This document shows positions 8,425 to 17,797 of a stretch of DNA of 60,257 nt, piece by piece. The stretch covers positions 1 through 60,257 of the forward strand of contig CANSKT010000004.1 of assembly GCA_947647555.1 (NCBI GenBank). The letters are read 5' to 3'. Under the pieces are notes generated by a model, which saw only the letters and a list, made by a program, of their open reading frames with translations, had not been told where the DNA came from and ran no database searches. Source of the stretch: an uncultured Peptococcaceae bacterium (lineage in GTDB: Bacteria; Bacillota; Dehalobacteriia; UBA4068; UBA4997). The first letter of the stretch is position 1. Every line of letters begins with the position of its first letter. The translations under genes were made by a program, and so were the position numbers.

Positions 8425-10053
8425 ATGGCTGAAAGAGTATATTGTTTATACAGAGTTTCTACTGCCAAACAGGTAGACCACGACGATAAAAACAACGCAG
8501 ATATTCCTATGCAACGCAAAGCCTGCCACGAGTTCGCAGCAAGAATGGGATGGGAAATTGTTGGTGAGGAACAGGAAACCGGCGTTTCCGGCTACAAAAT
8601 CAGCGCCAATGATAGAGATAAATTGCAGCTCATCAAGAAATATGCCGAACAAGGCAAGTTCGATATACTGCTGGTATTTATGTTCGATAGGCTTGGCCGC
8701 AAATCTGATGAAACCCCATTCGTAGTAGAATGGTTTGTCAAGAAAGGTATTCGAGTCTGGAGCGTTAATGAGGGCGAGCAGCGGTTTGAATCCCACACCG
8801 ACAGGCTCACCAATTACATACGCTTCTGGCAGGCCGACGGTGAAAGCCAAAAGACTTCAATCCGCACTAAAACCGCACTAGGGCAAATGGTTGAGGAAGG
8901 ACGATTCCGGGGTGGCAATGCTCCATATGGCTATCACTTAGAGAAAAGCGGTATTCTCAACAAACGTAAGCACGAGGTTTACAAGTTAGTTATAGATGAG
9001 AACGAAGCCAGAATAGTTAGAATGATGTTTGACCTGTGCGTATCATCTGGATTTGGCCGCTGGAGATTAGCTAATTTCCTAAACGAGCAAGGTATCAAAA
9101 ACCGCAATGGTCAGAATTGGCACGACGCCAGTATTGGCGGAATCCTGCACAACCCAATGTATAAAGGTATTTTAAGGAGTGGTGAAACCTATTCCGAACC
9201 CTTTGAGGCATTACAGATAATCAGGCCAGAGCTGTTCGATATGGCTCAGCGCCTAATGCTGGAGCGCAGCAATGAACGCAAGGAGCATAGAACAGTGCCC
9301 TTGAACACAACTGGTCAATCCCTACTCTCAGGTAATGTGTTCTGCGGACACTGCGGCGGCAGGCTGGTGCTGACCACTAACGGTACCGTAAGCAGAAAAG
9401 CAGATGGCACGCCAATACAGAGAAAGCGTATTAGATATGTTTGCTATAACAAAACTCGTCGCAGGCAGGAGTGCAGCGGCCAAACAAGCTACACTATGCA
9501 CATACTTGACGGTATGATTACGGAAATATTACATCAGGTATTCGACAAAATGAAAGTAGTACCAGGTGAGCAGGTTGTAGGATTAGCATTACAGCAGCAG
9601 ATGAATGACTTGCAGGCAAATTTGCATAAAGCCAAAACTGAAAATGCCAAGGCTAATAAGGAATATGAGGCCTTGAAATCGGAGTTATTAAAAGCAATTC
9701 AAGGCAAAAGCGAATTGCCGAAAGATGTGTTATCCGAAATGCTGGAAGAAGCTCGAAATAAGGTTTTAGACAGCAGTAAAAGGGTAACTGAACTAAACTT
9801 GCAATTAGAGCAAAAACATGGTATAATAGCAGATATGAAAGCTGAATATGACCGCATTGCCTCTTGGTCGGAAATATTTGACCAAAGCGATGTGGCAATT
9901 AGGAAAATGATTTGCAGCTATATCATAGAGAGGGTTACAGTGCATAGAGATTATCAGCTTGAGGTTAAATTCAACATCAATATTGAGCAGTTCTTAAACG
10001 GTATAGATTCAGTAACTGAAAATGAAAGTGAAGATTTGCCGATAGTCCAATAA
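8425..10053 (+). CDS. Large serine recombinase (resolvase/invertase N-domain, recombinase domain, zinc ribbon, coiled coil)
   Basis: Contains YCLYRVSTAKQ (catalytic Ser), FDRLGR, a recombinase domain (YGYHL...), CGHCGGRL...YVCYN and a C-terminal coiled coil. Confidence 0.9.
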   Translation: MAERVYCLYRVSTAKQVDHDDKNNADIPMQRKACHEFAARMGWEIVGEEQETGVSGYKISANDRDKLQLIKKYAEQGKFDILLVFMFDRLGRKSDETPFVVEWFVKKGIRVWSVNEGEQRFESHTDRLTNYIRFWQADGESQKTSIRTKTALGQMVEEGRFRGGNAPYGYHLEKSGILNKRKHEVYKLVIDENEARIVRMMFDLCVSSGFGRWRLANFLNEQGIKNRNGQNWHDASIGGILHNPMYKGILRSGETYSEPFEALQIIRPELFDMAQRLMLERSNERKEHRTVPLNTTGQSLLSGNVFCGHCGGRLVLTTNGTVSRKADGTPIQRKRIRYVCYNKTRRRQECSGQTSYTMHILDGMITEILHQVFDKMKVVPGEQVVGLALQQQMNDLQANLHKAKTENAKANKEYEALKSELLKAIQGKSELPKDVLSEMLEEARNKVLDSSKRVTELNLQLEQKHGIIADMKAEYDRIASWSEIFDQSDVAIRKMICSYIIERVTVHRDYQLEVKFNINIEQFLNGIDSVTENESEDLPIVQ

Positions 10054-10091
10054 AAACTGAATAAAACTATAAGAGCTTTTATAAACAAGGG

Positions 10092-10222
<131 letters not shown>

Positions 10223-10225
10223 ACT

Positions 10226-10258
10226 AAAGCTCTTACAGTTCAAACTGTAAGAGCTTTT
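10226..10258 (+). terminator. Rho-independent terminator after the tRNA-like gene
   Basis: Perfect 14-bp stem aaagctcttacagt / actgtaagagcttt with a 4-nt loop and a T-rich 3' side. Confidence 0.7.
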
Positions 10259-10309
10259 AATATACGCAAAATGAGGACGGACTTCCTTATTCTACACAAA
10301 TCGAATCTG

Positions 10310-10351
10310 AACAGGAATGTGATTGAGAAATTGCATTCCTGTTTCGTTTTT
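10310..10351 (+). terminator. Second terminator-like hairpin
   Basis: Stem aacaggaatg / cattcctgtt with a 14-nt loop, followed by tcgttttt. Confidence 0.55.
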
Positions 10352-10937
10352 AAAGGTTCGGTAACATTGCCAGCAGTAGAGATTTATCGTGAGATTATCT
10401 TGGAATATATCGAATAGGATTTTCTGCTCCAGAACAGCCAGATAGTCAAATGTCGCCTTGATGAAATCATTGACCTTATGCTGGAAACGGTATGCTGCGC
10501 AAGAAAGGTTAGCCGTATTGCTGGGGACGACCACTCTGCCGACCTGCTGAAGCCCATTTTTCAATATACTAACGCTGTGTCAAGAATGTGGTGGATACTA
10601 CCAAATAATGGGAACGGGCAGGGCAGCACAGCACGAAAACAATGCACTATTCACAACGCTAAGCGCACTATTAACCCGAAAATATAGACACCGGAAATTT
10701 GTTGTGCTATACTGTATTGGATAGAATTTTAGCTGAAAAAGGAAACTATTTGTGAAAATATGCTGGGATTTGTTCAGGGATATTAACGTCTGAACATGGA
10801 GCCGCTGTTCCTGTTCTCAAAATGCGTTATACCCAGATACGAGATGAACTAACTGCATTGATAGAAAAAAGAGTTGCAGGGAGGAAAAAATATGAGAAAA
10901 GGGCTTGACAAGCTGCATTCAGCTGTAATATACTTGC

Positions 10938-10957
10938 GACAGACAGACAGACAGACA
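10938..10957. repeat. Tetranucleotide microsatellite (GACA)x5
   Basis: Read directly as gaca gaca gaca gaca gaca. It lies inside a 23-codon SD-led ORF (10892-10963) and ~135 nt upstream of the surface-protein start. Confidence 0.95.
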
Positions 10958-10995
10958 GAGTAAGTCTGTCCTTTTCTGGTATCAAAATATAGCAA

Positions 10996-11050
10996 AGGGC
11001 GTATTGCGTCCACGGTTTTTCCGTGGGCGTGATGCGCCCTTTTTGCTTTT
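10996..11050 (+). terminator. Long hairpin plus T-run immediately upstream of the surface-protein gene (terminator or attenuator)
   Basis: Outer stem agggcg...cgccct and inner stem ccacgg-ttttt-ccgtgg, followed by ttttgcttttt. Confidence 0.55.
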
Positions 11051-11093
11051 TCATACTTTTACAAACAAATTTTACAGAAAGGAAACAAGCGAT

Positions 11094-12446
11094 ATGAGAA
11101 CAAAAATAAGATTATTGAGTCTGCTGCTTTGTAGTGCGTTGCTGTTTTCCCTCTGTTCCCCGACTGCCTTTGCCGAAGCGCAGACGATACAGGACAGTGG
11201 GCAGATTACAGTAAACGCGGGCAGCTTGTGCGAACACCACATCGAGCATACGTCGGACTGCGGCTACACCGAGGGAGAACCGGAAACGCCCTGTATCCAC
11301 GAACACGTGGAGGACTGCTATACCGAAGTGACCGAGTGCGTCCACATGCATACGGCGGACTGCTACCCGGAAGAAACCGAGAGCAGCGTATCCGGCAACA
11401 ACGCCACCCCGTCCAACGCGGAGGAACGGGAGCCAGAGAAATGCGACCACGTTTGTAACGTGGAAAGCGGTTGTATCACGAAAGAATTAAACTGCCAGCA
11501 TGAGCATGACGGCGAATGCGGCTATGTTCCGGCAACCGAGGGGACGCCTTGCGGCTATGTCTGCGAGATTTGCAATGCAGAGGGCGACGGCGAAACGGCT
11601 ACCCCGTCCAACACAGAGGAAGTAAAAGAGCAGCTTGAAGCTATTGACGAGGCAAAGGCGCAGCTTTCCGATGAGGAAATAGACGTGCTGGATTTTGCCC
11701 GCTACATAGAAGCTGCCGCCGCACTGGAACAGCTATTATACGGGGCGGCTACGCCCTCTAATGCGGTTATGCCGCTGACCGACTATAACGGTCTCGCAAT
11801 CATGAACGGCACAGACAATATCAGCGGCTATGACAAAGTAAATAAAAAATATGACTATATCTATTACGGCGAATGGGAGAGTAGCCCCATAAAATGGCGA
11901 GTGCTGGACAATCAGACCAACACCCAAGGCACAGGTCTGTTCCTGCTCTCTGATGTGCTGCTTGGGACGGGCAAACAGGGAGACGTGCCTTTTAACGAAC
12001 TCAAAAATGAGAGCAACGTATGGCAAAATAGTAATGCGCAAAAGTGGTGTGAAGACTTTTACACTAATAATTTCAGCAGTACAGAACAAAGCGCAGTTTT
12101 GGAAACCACGAAAAGTGATGACAAGTATGAATTACTAAACATGGTGTTTGCCGCTTCTGACGATATCCTAAATAGGGATCGTGTATTTTTTCTCTCGGCG
12201 GCGGAAGCGTCAAACGGAAACTACGGCTTTGCGGAGCAGAAGGCGCGTATTGCCAAGTATGGCAATGAGGATTGCGGGTGGTGGCTTCGTTCTCCTAGCA
12301 TTTACGCGCAGGACTGTCGCCCTGACTCCGTGGGCATGATCCACAAATGGGGTGATCTGCTCTACAGTCTTTATAATGTACCCTATGCGGCGCGTCCCGC
12401 TTTTAATTTAAATCGGAACTCTGTCCTCTTCACATCTGCCGCCTAA
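11094..12446 (+). CDS. Secreted Cys/His-rich, DUF6273-like surface protein; N-terminal portion of a gene interrupted by an in-frame TAA
   Basis: SD (aaaggaaac) before ATG 11094. Signal peptide MRTKIRLLSLLLCSALLFSLCSPTAFA. HxH..CGY-type Cys/His motifs and ATPSN repeats. DUF6273-like motifs are KWRVLD, LFLLSD and WWLRSP. The ORF ends at TAA 12444-12446, in frame with the next ORF. Confidence 0.8.
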   Translation: MRTKIRLLSLLLCSALLFSLCSPTAFAEAQTIQDSGQITVNAGSLCEHHIEHTSDCGYTEGEPETPCIHEHVEDCYTEVTECVHMHTADCYPEETESSVSGNNATPSNAEEREPEKCDHVCNVESGCITKELNCQHEHDGECGYVPATEGTPCGYVCEICNAEGDGETATPSNTEEVKEQLEAIDEAKAQLSDEEIDVLDFARYIEAAAALEQLLYGAATPSNAVMPLTDYNGLAIMNGTDNISGYDKVNKKYDYIYYGEWESSPIKWRVLDNQTNTQGTGLFLLSDVLLGTGKQGDVPFNELKNESNVWQNSNAQKWCEDFYTNNFSSTEQSAVLETTKSDDKYELLNMVFAASDDILNRDRVFFLSAAEASNGNYGFAEQKARIAKYGNEDCGWWLRSPSIYAQDCRPDSVGMIHKWGDLLYSLYNVPYAARPAFNLNRNSVLFTSAA

Positions 12447-12476
12447 GGCGGCAAAGACGATACAACTGACGCCGAC

Positions 12477-14939
12477 TTGACCACAATAGGAACAGGCACA
12501 GGAGAATGGAAACTGACATTAAAGGACAACAACCGAAATGGTTTTACCGCTTCTACAAGCAGCGACACAACAAAAGAGGATGGCTATTCGGGCTGGACAG
12601 TGGCGGTTTCCTATTCCGGCGCACAGACAGGGGACAATGAATATGTTTCCGCTATGATTGCGGACGACAGAGGCACAATCCTTTGCTATGGACGTGTCGC
12701 ACAAAACAGCGCAAGCGGTACGGCAAGCGTCACCATACCCGCCAATCTTCAACCGGGCAGCTATACCCTTAAAGTGTTCAGCGAACAGTACAACGGGGAT
12801 AAGAAAACCGACTATGCAAGCGCGTTTGCGAATATTTCCCTTACCGTAACTGACGCCACCGCGCCAACGCTGACCGGCGGCACAGCCACCCGTGACAGCG
12901 AAGCCAACGCAACAGTCAAGTTTACTAGCGACGAGGCGGGCAGCTATTATTATGCTGTTGTAAACAACGGTGATTCCGCACCAACTATTGATACGACTGG
13001 GGCGGGTTTTTCCTGTGATATAACCGAGCAGACCATTTTCCTTGACAACCTTACAGGGGCAGACGCAAAGGATATTTACATTGTCGTAAAAGACCCTGCG
13101 GGAAATGTAAGCAGTCCCGCGCTGAAAATGACGATACCCGCCTATGTCGCGCCCAGCTACGGCATTTCTGCAACCCCGTCCACGCTGAACTTTGGCAGCA
13201 AAACGGAGGGCTATACAACCGCACCCACAGAACAGACCGTAACCATTGAAAATACAGGCAATCAGACAATTACCCTCAATCAGCCTACGGCAACTGATTT
13301 TACTATCAGCAGTCTGTCCGCAACCGAACTTGCAGCTGGCGGTACGGCGACACTCACCGTCCAGCCTAAAACCGGGCTTGCCGTAGGAAGTCACAATGAC
13401 ACTCTCTCCATTTCTGGCAGCGACGGCGTAAACGCAAGTGTTTCCCTTTCCTTTGCCGTAACAGAAAAAGCCCACGTCCACGAATACAGTGCGGATTGGG
13501 TACACACTGAAACGAGCCATTGGCGCGAATGTTCCTGCGGCGCGAAAACGGACGAAGCCGCCCATGTGTATGACGGTGGGCAGGACACCACCTGTAATAC
13601 TTGCGACTATGTGCGAGGTGTTGCCCCAGCTACTTATATCCTTACGGTTGAGTTAAACGGCGGCAGCGGCAGCACAGTAGGCGGCAAGTATGCCGAGGGC
13701 GCAGTTATCAGTATCGACGCGGGAAGCCGCAGCAATTACCGCTTTAACGGGTGGACGACCTCAAACGGCGGCAGTTTTGCCAACGCTTCCAGCGCAAGCA
13801 CCATCTTTACCATGCCCGCAGCCAATACGACGATTACGGCAAGCTGGGAACAGGAAAGTACGCTGCCTACCGAATACATCGTAACAGTACAGACCAACGG
13901 CAACGGGACGGCTTCCGCTTCCCCGACCTCTGCAACAGAGGGAGAGAAAATCACTCTGACCGCCAAAGCAAACAGCGGCTATCACTTCAAGGAGTGGCAG
14001 GTTGTATCTGGCAACGCGACAATCAGCGGTAACAGCTTTACCATGCCAGCCGGAAACGTGACAGTCAAAGCCATTTTTGAAAAAGACAGAGTCCCCTCTG
14101 GTGAAGGCGGCAGTAGCATTTTAACGACTTATTACTCGCTGACATTTGAAAGCAACGGCGGTAGCAAGATTGAGAAAGTAACGGAAAAATCCGGCAATAC
14201 TGTTGACCTCTCCTGCTATCTTCCGACCCGCGAGGGTTACGATTTTAACGGCTGGTATTTGGATAAAGGGCTGACGCGCAAAATTACGGAAATCGAGCTG
14301 AACAGCAATAAAACTGTTTATGCTGCGTGGACGGAACGCAAAACAAACCCTGATACAGGCACAGGCACAGGCGTGGAAAAGCCTGGCACGGTAACAGGCA
14401 ACACCTTTAGCGACATAAAGGAAACGGACTGGTTTTATAAGTCTGTGATGTTCGTCTACGAAAACGGCCTGATGACGGGTACGAGTGCGGACGCCTTTGA
14501 CCCCAACAGCAACGCCACCCGCGCCCAGCTTGCAGTGATTTTCTACCGTATGGAGGGCAGTCCTAAAGTGGAGGGCAAAAACAGCTTTGGCGATGTGGAG
14601 CAGGGCTGGTATTATGACGCAGTAACATGGGCGGAACAAAGCGGCCTGATGAACGGTTACGAAAACGGCAAATTTGGCTCTGGCGATGCGATTACCCGTG
14701 AACAGCTTGTGGCAATCTTCTACCGCTATGCGCAGTACAAGGGCTATGATGTTGCGGCAACAAGAAGCATTGACCTCTTCACCGACAAAGACAAGGTTTC
14801 AGAGTGGGCGAAGCAGCCCCTTATCTGGGCGGTTAGCTCTGGCATTGTGAACGGCACTGGGGATAATCTTCTTTCCCCGCAGGAAACCGCCAACCGTGCC
14901 CAGATTGTGGCTATGCTTCACCGCTTTAGGGTACAGTAA
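12477..14939 (+). CDS. Continuation of the same surface protein (the reading frame is open from 12447): Ig-like regions, InlB-B / Listeria-Bacteroides repeats and 3 SLH domains
   Basis: Same frame as 11094-12446. No SD and no signal peptide of its own; the ORF-track start is a TTG. Repeat modules are YILTVELNGGSGS...FNGWTT and YSLTFESNGGSKI...FNGWYLD. C-terminal SLH repeats are FSDIKETDWFYKSV... and FGDVEQGWYYDAV... Confidence 0.8.
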   Translation: MTTIGTGTGEWKLTLKDNNRNGFTASTSSDTTKEDGYSGWTVAVSYSGAQTGDNEYVSAMIADDRGTILCYGRVAQNSASGTASVTIPANLQPGSYTLKVFSEQYNGDKKTDYASAFANISLTVTDATAPTLTGGTATRDSEANATVKFTSDEAGSYYYAVVNNGDSAPTIDTTGAGFSCDITEQTIFLDNLTGADAKDIYIVVKDPAGNVSSPALKMTIPAYVAPSYGISATPSTLNFGSKTEGYTTAPTEQTVTIENTGNQTITLNQPTATDFTISSLSATELAAGGTATLTVQPKTGLAVGSHNDTLSISGSDGVNASVSLSFAVTEKAHVHEYSADWVHTETSHWRECSCGAKTDEAAHVYDGGQDTTCNTCDYVRGVAPATYILTVELNGGSGSTVGGKYAEGAVISIDAGSRSNYRFNGWTTSNGGSFANASSASTIFTMPAANTTITASWEQESTLPTEYIVTVQTNGNGTASASPTSATEGEKITLTAKANSGYHFKEWQVVSGNATISGNSFTMPAGNVTVKAIFEKDRVPSGEGGSSILTTYYSLTFESNGGSKIEKVTEKSGNTVDLSCYLPTREGYDFNGWYLDKGLTRKITEIELNSNKTVYAAWTERKTNPDTGTGTGVEKPGTVTGNTFSDIKETDWFYKSVMFVYENGLMTGTSADAFDPNSNATRAQLAVIFYRMEGSPKVEGKNSFGDVEQGWYYDAVTWAEQSGLMNGYENGKFGSGDAITREQLVAIFYRYAQYKGYDVAATRSIDLFTDKDKVSEWAKQPLIWAVSSGIVNGTGDNLLSPQETANRAQIVAMLHRFRVQ

Positions 14940-15245
14940 GAACATAGAGATTTCATAAAAAACAAAGAGTCGGAACAGATTTTTGCAAAATCTTGTTTCG
15001 GCTTTTTGTTTTTATAGGTATTCGCCTACTATGTATTGTGGAGTGTTCGATACCCCGTGCGGACATAAAAACAGTAGCCTTGATTTCTCAAAGCCACTGT
15101 TTTTTAGATGCAGCAAGTTTTACAAAACTATATCCTGTCTAAAGCTGCTAACCTCCAGCATTTTCTGGGGTACGAACGGCGTATGAGAATAAAAGCTCAT
15201 ATTTCGGATAATGTCCAAGTTACTGTAATCCGTGCTATACTTTTA

Positions 15246-16094
15246 TTACCTGTCGGCGGTTAACATCAAATTCAGGCTGTTTGCCCAATTTGCCACCTCA
15301 GTTTGAGTTGTACCTCCAGAAAATCTATGTCCCTCAAGCCAGGTAGCCTCGTCAGCCAGACTATGCAAATTGGTGGCGCTGGAGCCGATATCGCTGCTGC
15401 TGGAGGTACAGAAAGGCACGATAATTTTGCCATTTAGGTCATAGCTTTCCAAAAACGTGCAGATGATTTTCGGAGCCTGTCCCCACCAGATTGGATAACC
15501 CAAGAACACCACATCATAATCCGCCATATTAGCCAGACTGCCAGAAATAGCCGGACGAGCGGCCGGGTCGTTCATCTCTATACTGGTGCGACTGCTGGAG
15601 TTGCCATAATTCAAATCCTCGGAGGTATAGGGCGTTTCCGGTATGATTTCGTATGTATCTGCTCCAAGGGCCGCCGCAATATGGTTGGCTATACCCTCGG
15701 TGTTATTGGTAGCAGAGAAATAAGCCACCAGAATTTTGCCGCCATTTACCGGTTCATCAGTCGTCGGCTCGCCGGGCTGGATATTATCAGAATTGGCGTC
15801 AGCGCTGCGCAAGGTGATGGTTTGACTTTCAGCGTCCCAATCCACCGTCAGACCAAGGCTTTCGGCAATGGCTCGCAGCGGCAGCATAGTGCGTCCGTTA
15901 ATAGTGGTTGGCGTTGTGCCCGCTTCGTCAATGGGGCGGCTCGTGCCATTAATAGTCATATTAGGGTTATTTAATTGCAAAGTAATGGTGGTGTCTGCCG
16001 CCAAAACGCCAGCGGCTAACATCATTGTCAGGATTAGGGCTAAAAAAAGAATAAGGCTTAATTTGGTTCTTTGCATTTGTAAATTTTTCAACAT
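15246..16094 (-). CDS. Exported flavodoxin-family protein with an N-terminal copper-amine-oxidase-like (stalk) domain
   Basis: Signal peptide LSLILFLALILTMMLAAGVLAA; INGRTMLPLRAIAESLGLTVDWD; flavodoxin core KILVAYFSATNNTEGIA...VFLGYPIWWGQAPKI...PFCTSSSS. The ATG at 16094 has better SD spacing than the one at 16103. Confidence 0.8.
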   Translation of the reverse strand: MLKNLQMQRTKLSLILFLALILTMMLAAGVLAADTTITLQLNNPNMTINGTSRPIDEAGTTPTTINGRTMLPLRAIAESLGLTVDWDAESQTITLRSADANSDNIQPGEPTTDEPVNGGKILVAYFSATNNTEGIANHIAAALGADTYEIIPETPYTSEDLNYGNSSSRTSIEMNDPAARPAISGSLANMADYDVVFLGYPIWWGQAPKIICTFLESYDLNGKIIVPFCTSSSSDIGSSATNLHSLADEATWLEGHRFSGGTTQTEVANWANSLNLMLTADR

Positions 16095-16112
16095 TTTAAT
16101 CATGCTCCTTTT

Positions 16113-16799
16113 TTATTCTGCGTTGAGTTCCAGTTCCAAGCTGTTCAACCATTCCGCAATCGAATTTTGAGTCACATTGCTACTGAAACGCTCTCCTGCC
16201 AACCAAATGGCGTTGTCGGTCAGACCTTGCAAATTGGTGGCGCTGGAGCCTATGCCACTGCTGCCGGAGGTGCAGAAAGGCACGATGGTTTTGCCGTTAA
16301 AGTCATAGCCTTCCAAAAATGTGCTGATAATCTTTGGAGCCTGTCCCCACCAAATCGGATAACCCAGAAAAACGATGTCATAATCCGCCATATTTTCCAC
16401 GTCGCTGCCAGCAATGGCCGGACGGGAATCAGGATCGTTCATCTCCAGGCTGGTACGGCTGTTATCATTGCCATAATCCAAATCAGCCGCCGTGTAGGGT
16501 TCCTCCGGTGTAATGACGTACAAATCCGCTCCCAGACTTTCGGCAATTGCCGTAGCTACGCCGGCAGTGTTGTTAGTGGCGGAAAAATAGGCCACCAGCA
16601 CCTTAGTCTGGCCGTTTTCATCAGTGTTGTCATTTCCTGGTGCCGTAGGCGGTGGATTTTCCGCCTGTACATTATTCTGCATATTATTGGCGTTCCCTTG
16701 ATTGTTTGACTGTGCGCCGTTGTTAGAGTCTGTGTCGGCGCAGCCTGCCAAAGCCAGCAGCAAAATTAAAGTCAACGCTAAAAAAATTACTTTTTTCAT
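16113..16799 (-). CDS. Flavodoxin-family lipoprotein (paralogue of 15246-16094)
   Basis: Lipobox MKKVIFLALTLILLLALAGC with SD aaggagag. Core is KVLVAYFSATNNTAGVA...IVFLGYPIWWGQAPKI...PFCTSGSS. Confidence 0.8.
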   Translation of the reverse strand: MKKVIFLALTLILLLALAGCADTDSNNGAQSNNQGNANNMQNNVQAENPPPTAPGNDNTDENGQTKVLVAYFSATNNTAGVATAIAESLGADLYVITPEEPYTAADLDYGNDNSRTSLEMNDPDSRPAIAGSDVENMADYDIVFLGYPIWWGQAPKIISTFLEGYDFNGKTIVPFCTSGSSGIGSSATNLQGLTDNAIWLAGERFSSNVTQNSIAEWLNSLELELNAE

Positions 16800-17117
16800 A
16801 CCTGTATACTCTCCTTGGAACTGCAAAATTTTTAGAACAGCAAATATTATAAGTGATTTCACCTCCTGCTAACAAAAATCTTTCTAGTAATCAATTATTT
16901 TGGCATCTGTAATGTCAACTATGCCTAAATTATAAACATCGGTTTTTACTATGTCAAATACTTATTTTGTATGGTTATGTATATTTAAAAGGCATTGTTT
17001 TGATTTTGACAAATAATCATAAGAAAATTTATTATCTATATTGACACTGTGTTAGAGATATGTTAAAATCAAGCTGTTGACATGGTGTCAGTTGTATTAA
17101 AAGAAAGGAATTAAACT

Positions 17118-17741
17118 ATGCCAAGGAGTTCTCAAGAATTAACCAACGCTCGCAGAGAGGAAATAATCCGGGCTTGTGCCTCGCTATACGAAACTATGAG
17201 CTTTAAGGATATTACCATTAAAGAAATTGGCGCCGTTACCTCATTTACTCGCACCTCCATTTATAATTATTTCCAGACTAAGGAGGAGATTTTTCTGGCG
17301 CTCTTTCAACAGGAATATGAAAAATGGACGGCTGAGTTAACGCAGGTGGCGGCGGAAAATGATGCGCTAACCAACGATGAGTTAGCCAAGGCGCTGGCTC
17401 TCTCGCTGGAAAAGCGCAGTATGCTGCTGAAGCTGTTATCTATGAACCTGTACGATATGGAAGATAACAGTCGTATTGAGCGTTTGGTTTTGTTCAAAAA
17501 AGCTTATGGCAATTCCATCAAAGCGGTGGCGCATTTGCTGGAAAAATTCTGCCCACAAATGAATGAAACAGAACGGCAGCGGTTTATTTATGCTTTCTTT
17601 CCTTTTATTTACGGCGTTTATCCCTATACCACGGTAACAGAAAAACAACAACTGGCTATGCAGGAGGCCGGGATAAATTTTACCTATCATTCTGTTTATG
17701 AAATGGTATACGCCTGCTCTAAACAGCTTTTAAACATTTGA
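17118..17741 (+). CDS. TetR/AcrR family transcriptional regulator
   Basis: N-terminal HTH (RREEIIRACASLYETMSFKDITIKEIGAVTSFTRTSIYNYFQTKEEIF). Confidence 0.85.
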   Translation: MPRSSQELTNARREEIIRACASLYETMSFKDITIKEIGAVTSFTRTSIYNYFQTKEEIFLALFQQEYEKWTAELTQVAAENDALTNDELAKALALSLEKRSMLLKLLSMNLYDMEDNSRIERLVLFKKAYGNSIKAVAHLLEKFCPQMNETERQRFIYAFFPFIYGVYPYTTVTEKQQLAMQEAGINFTYHSVYEMVYACSKQLLNI

Positions 17742-17797
17742 TTATAGTCCAGTTAAAAACAGTATCAAAATTGATTTATTTTAAGGAGGTATGAACG

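Larger units (their letters stand above)
1..10091. mobile_element. AT-rich integrative/defence island (partial). The right end is marked by a large serine recombinase followed by a tRNA-Ala-like gene; the left end is outside the window.
   Basis: The region is visibly AT-rich compared with DNA from ~11 kb onward. Cargo is a PHP-ATPase, an R-M-S fusion and a TA pair. The recombinase is the last gene before the tRNA-like sequence at 10092. Confidence 0.5.

Noticed and set aside
12519-13565. A 348-aa minus-strand ORF lies antisense to the SLH surface protein. Similar antisense ORFs occur at 14121-14639, 18955-19626, 25660-26145, 26455-27000 and 58682-59356.
   Set aside because: Their translations are Cys/Arg/Gly-rich or otherwise implausible. 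Each is fully nested in a well-supported sense gene with recognisable domains, and none has a ribosome-binding site.
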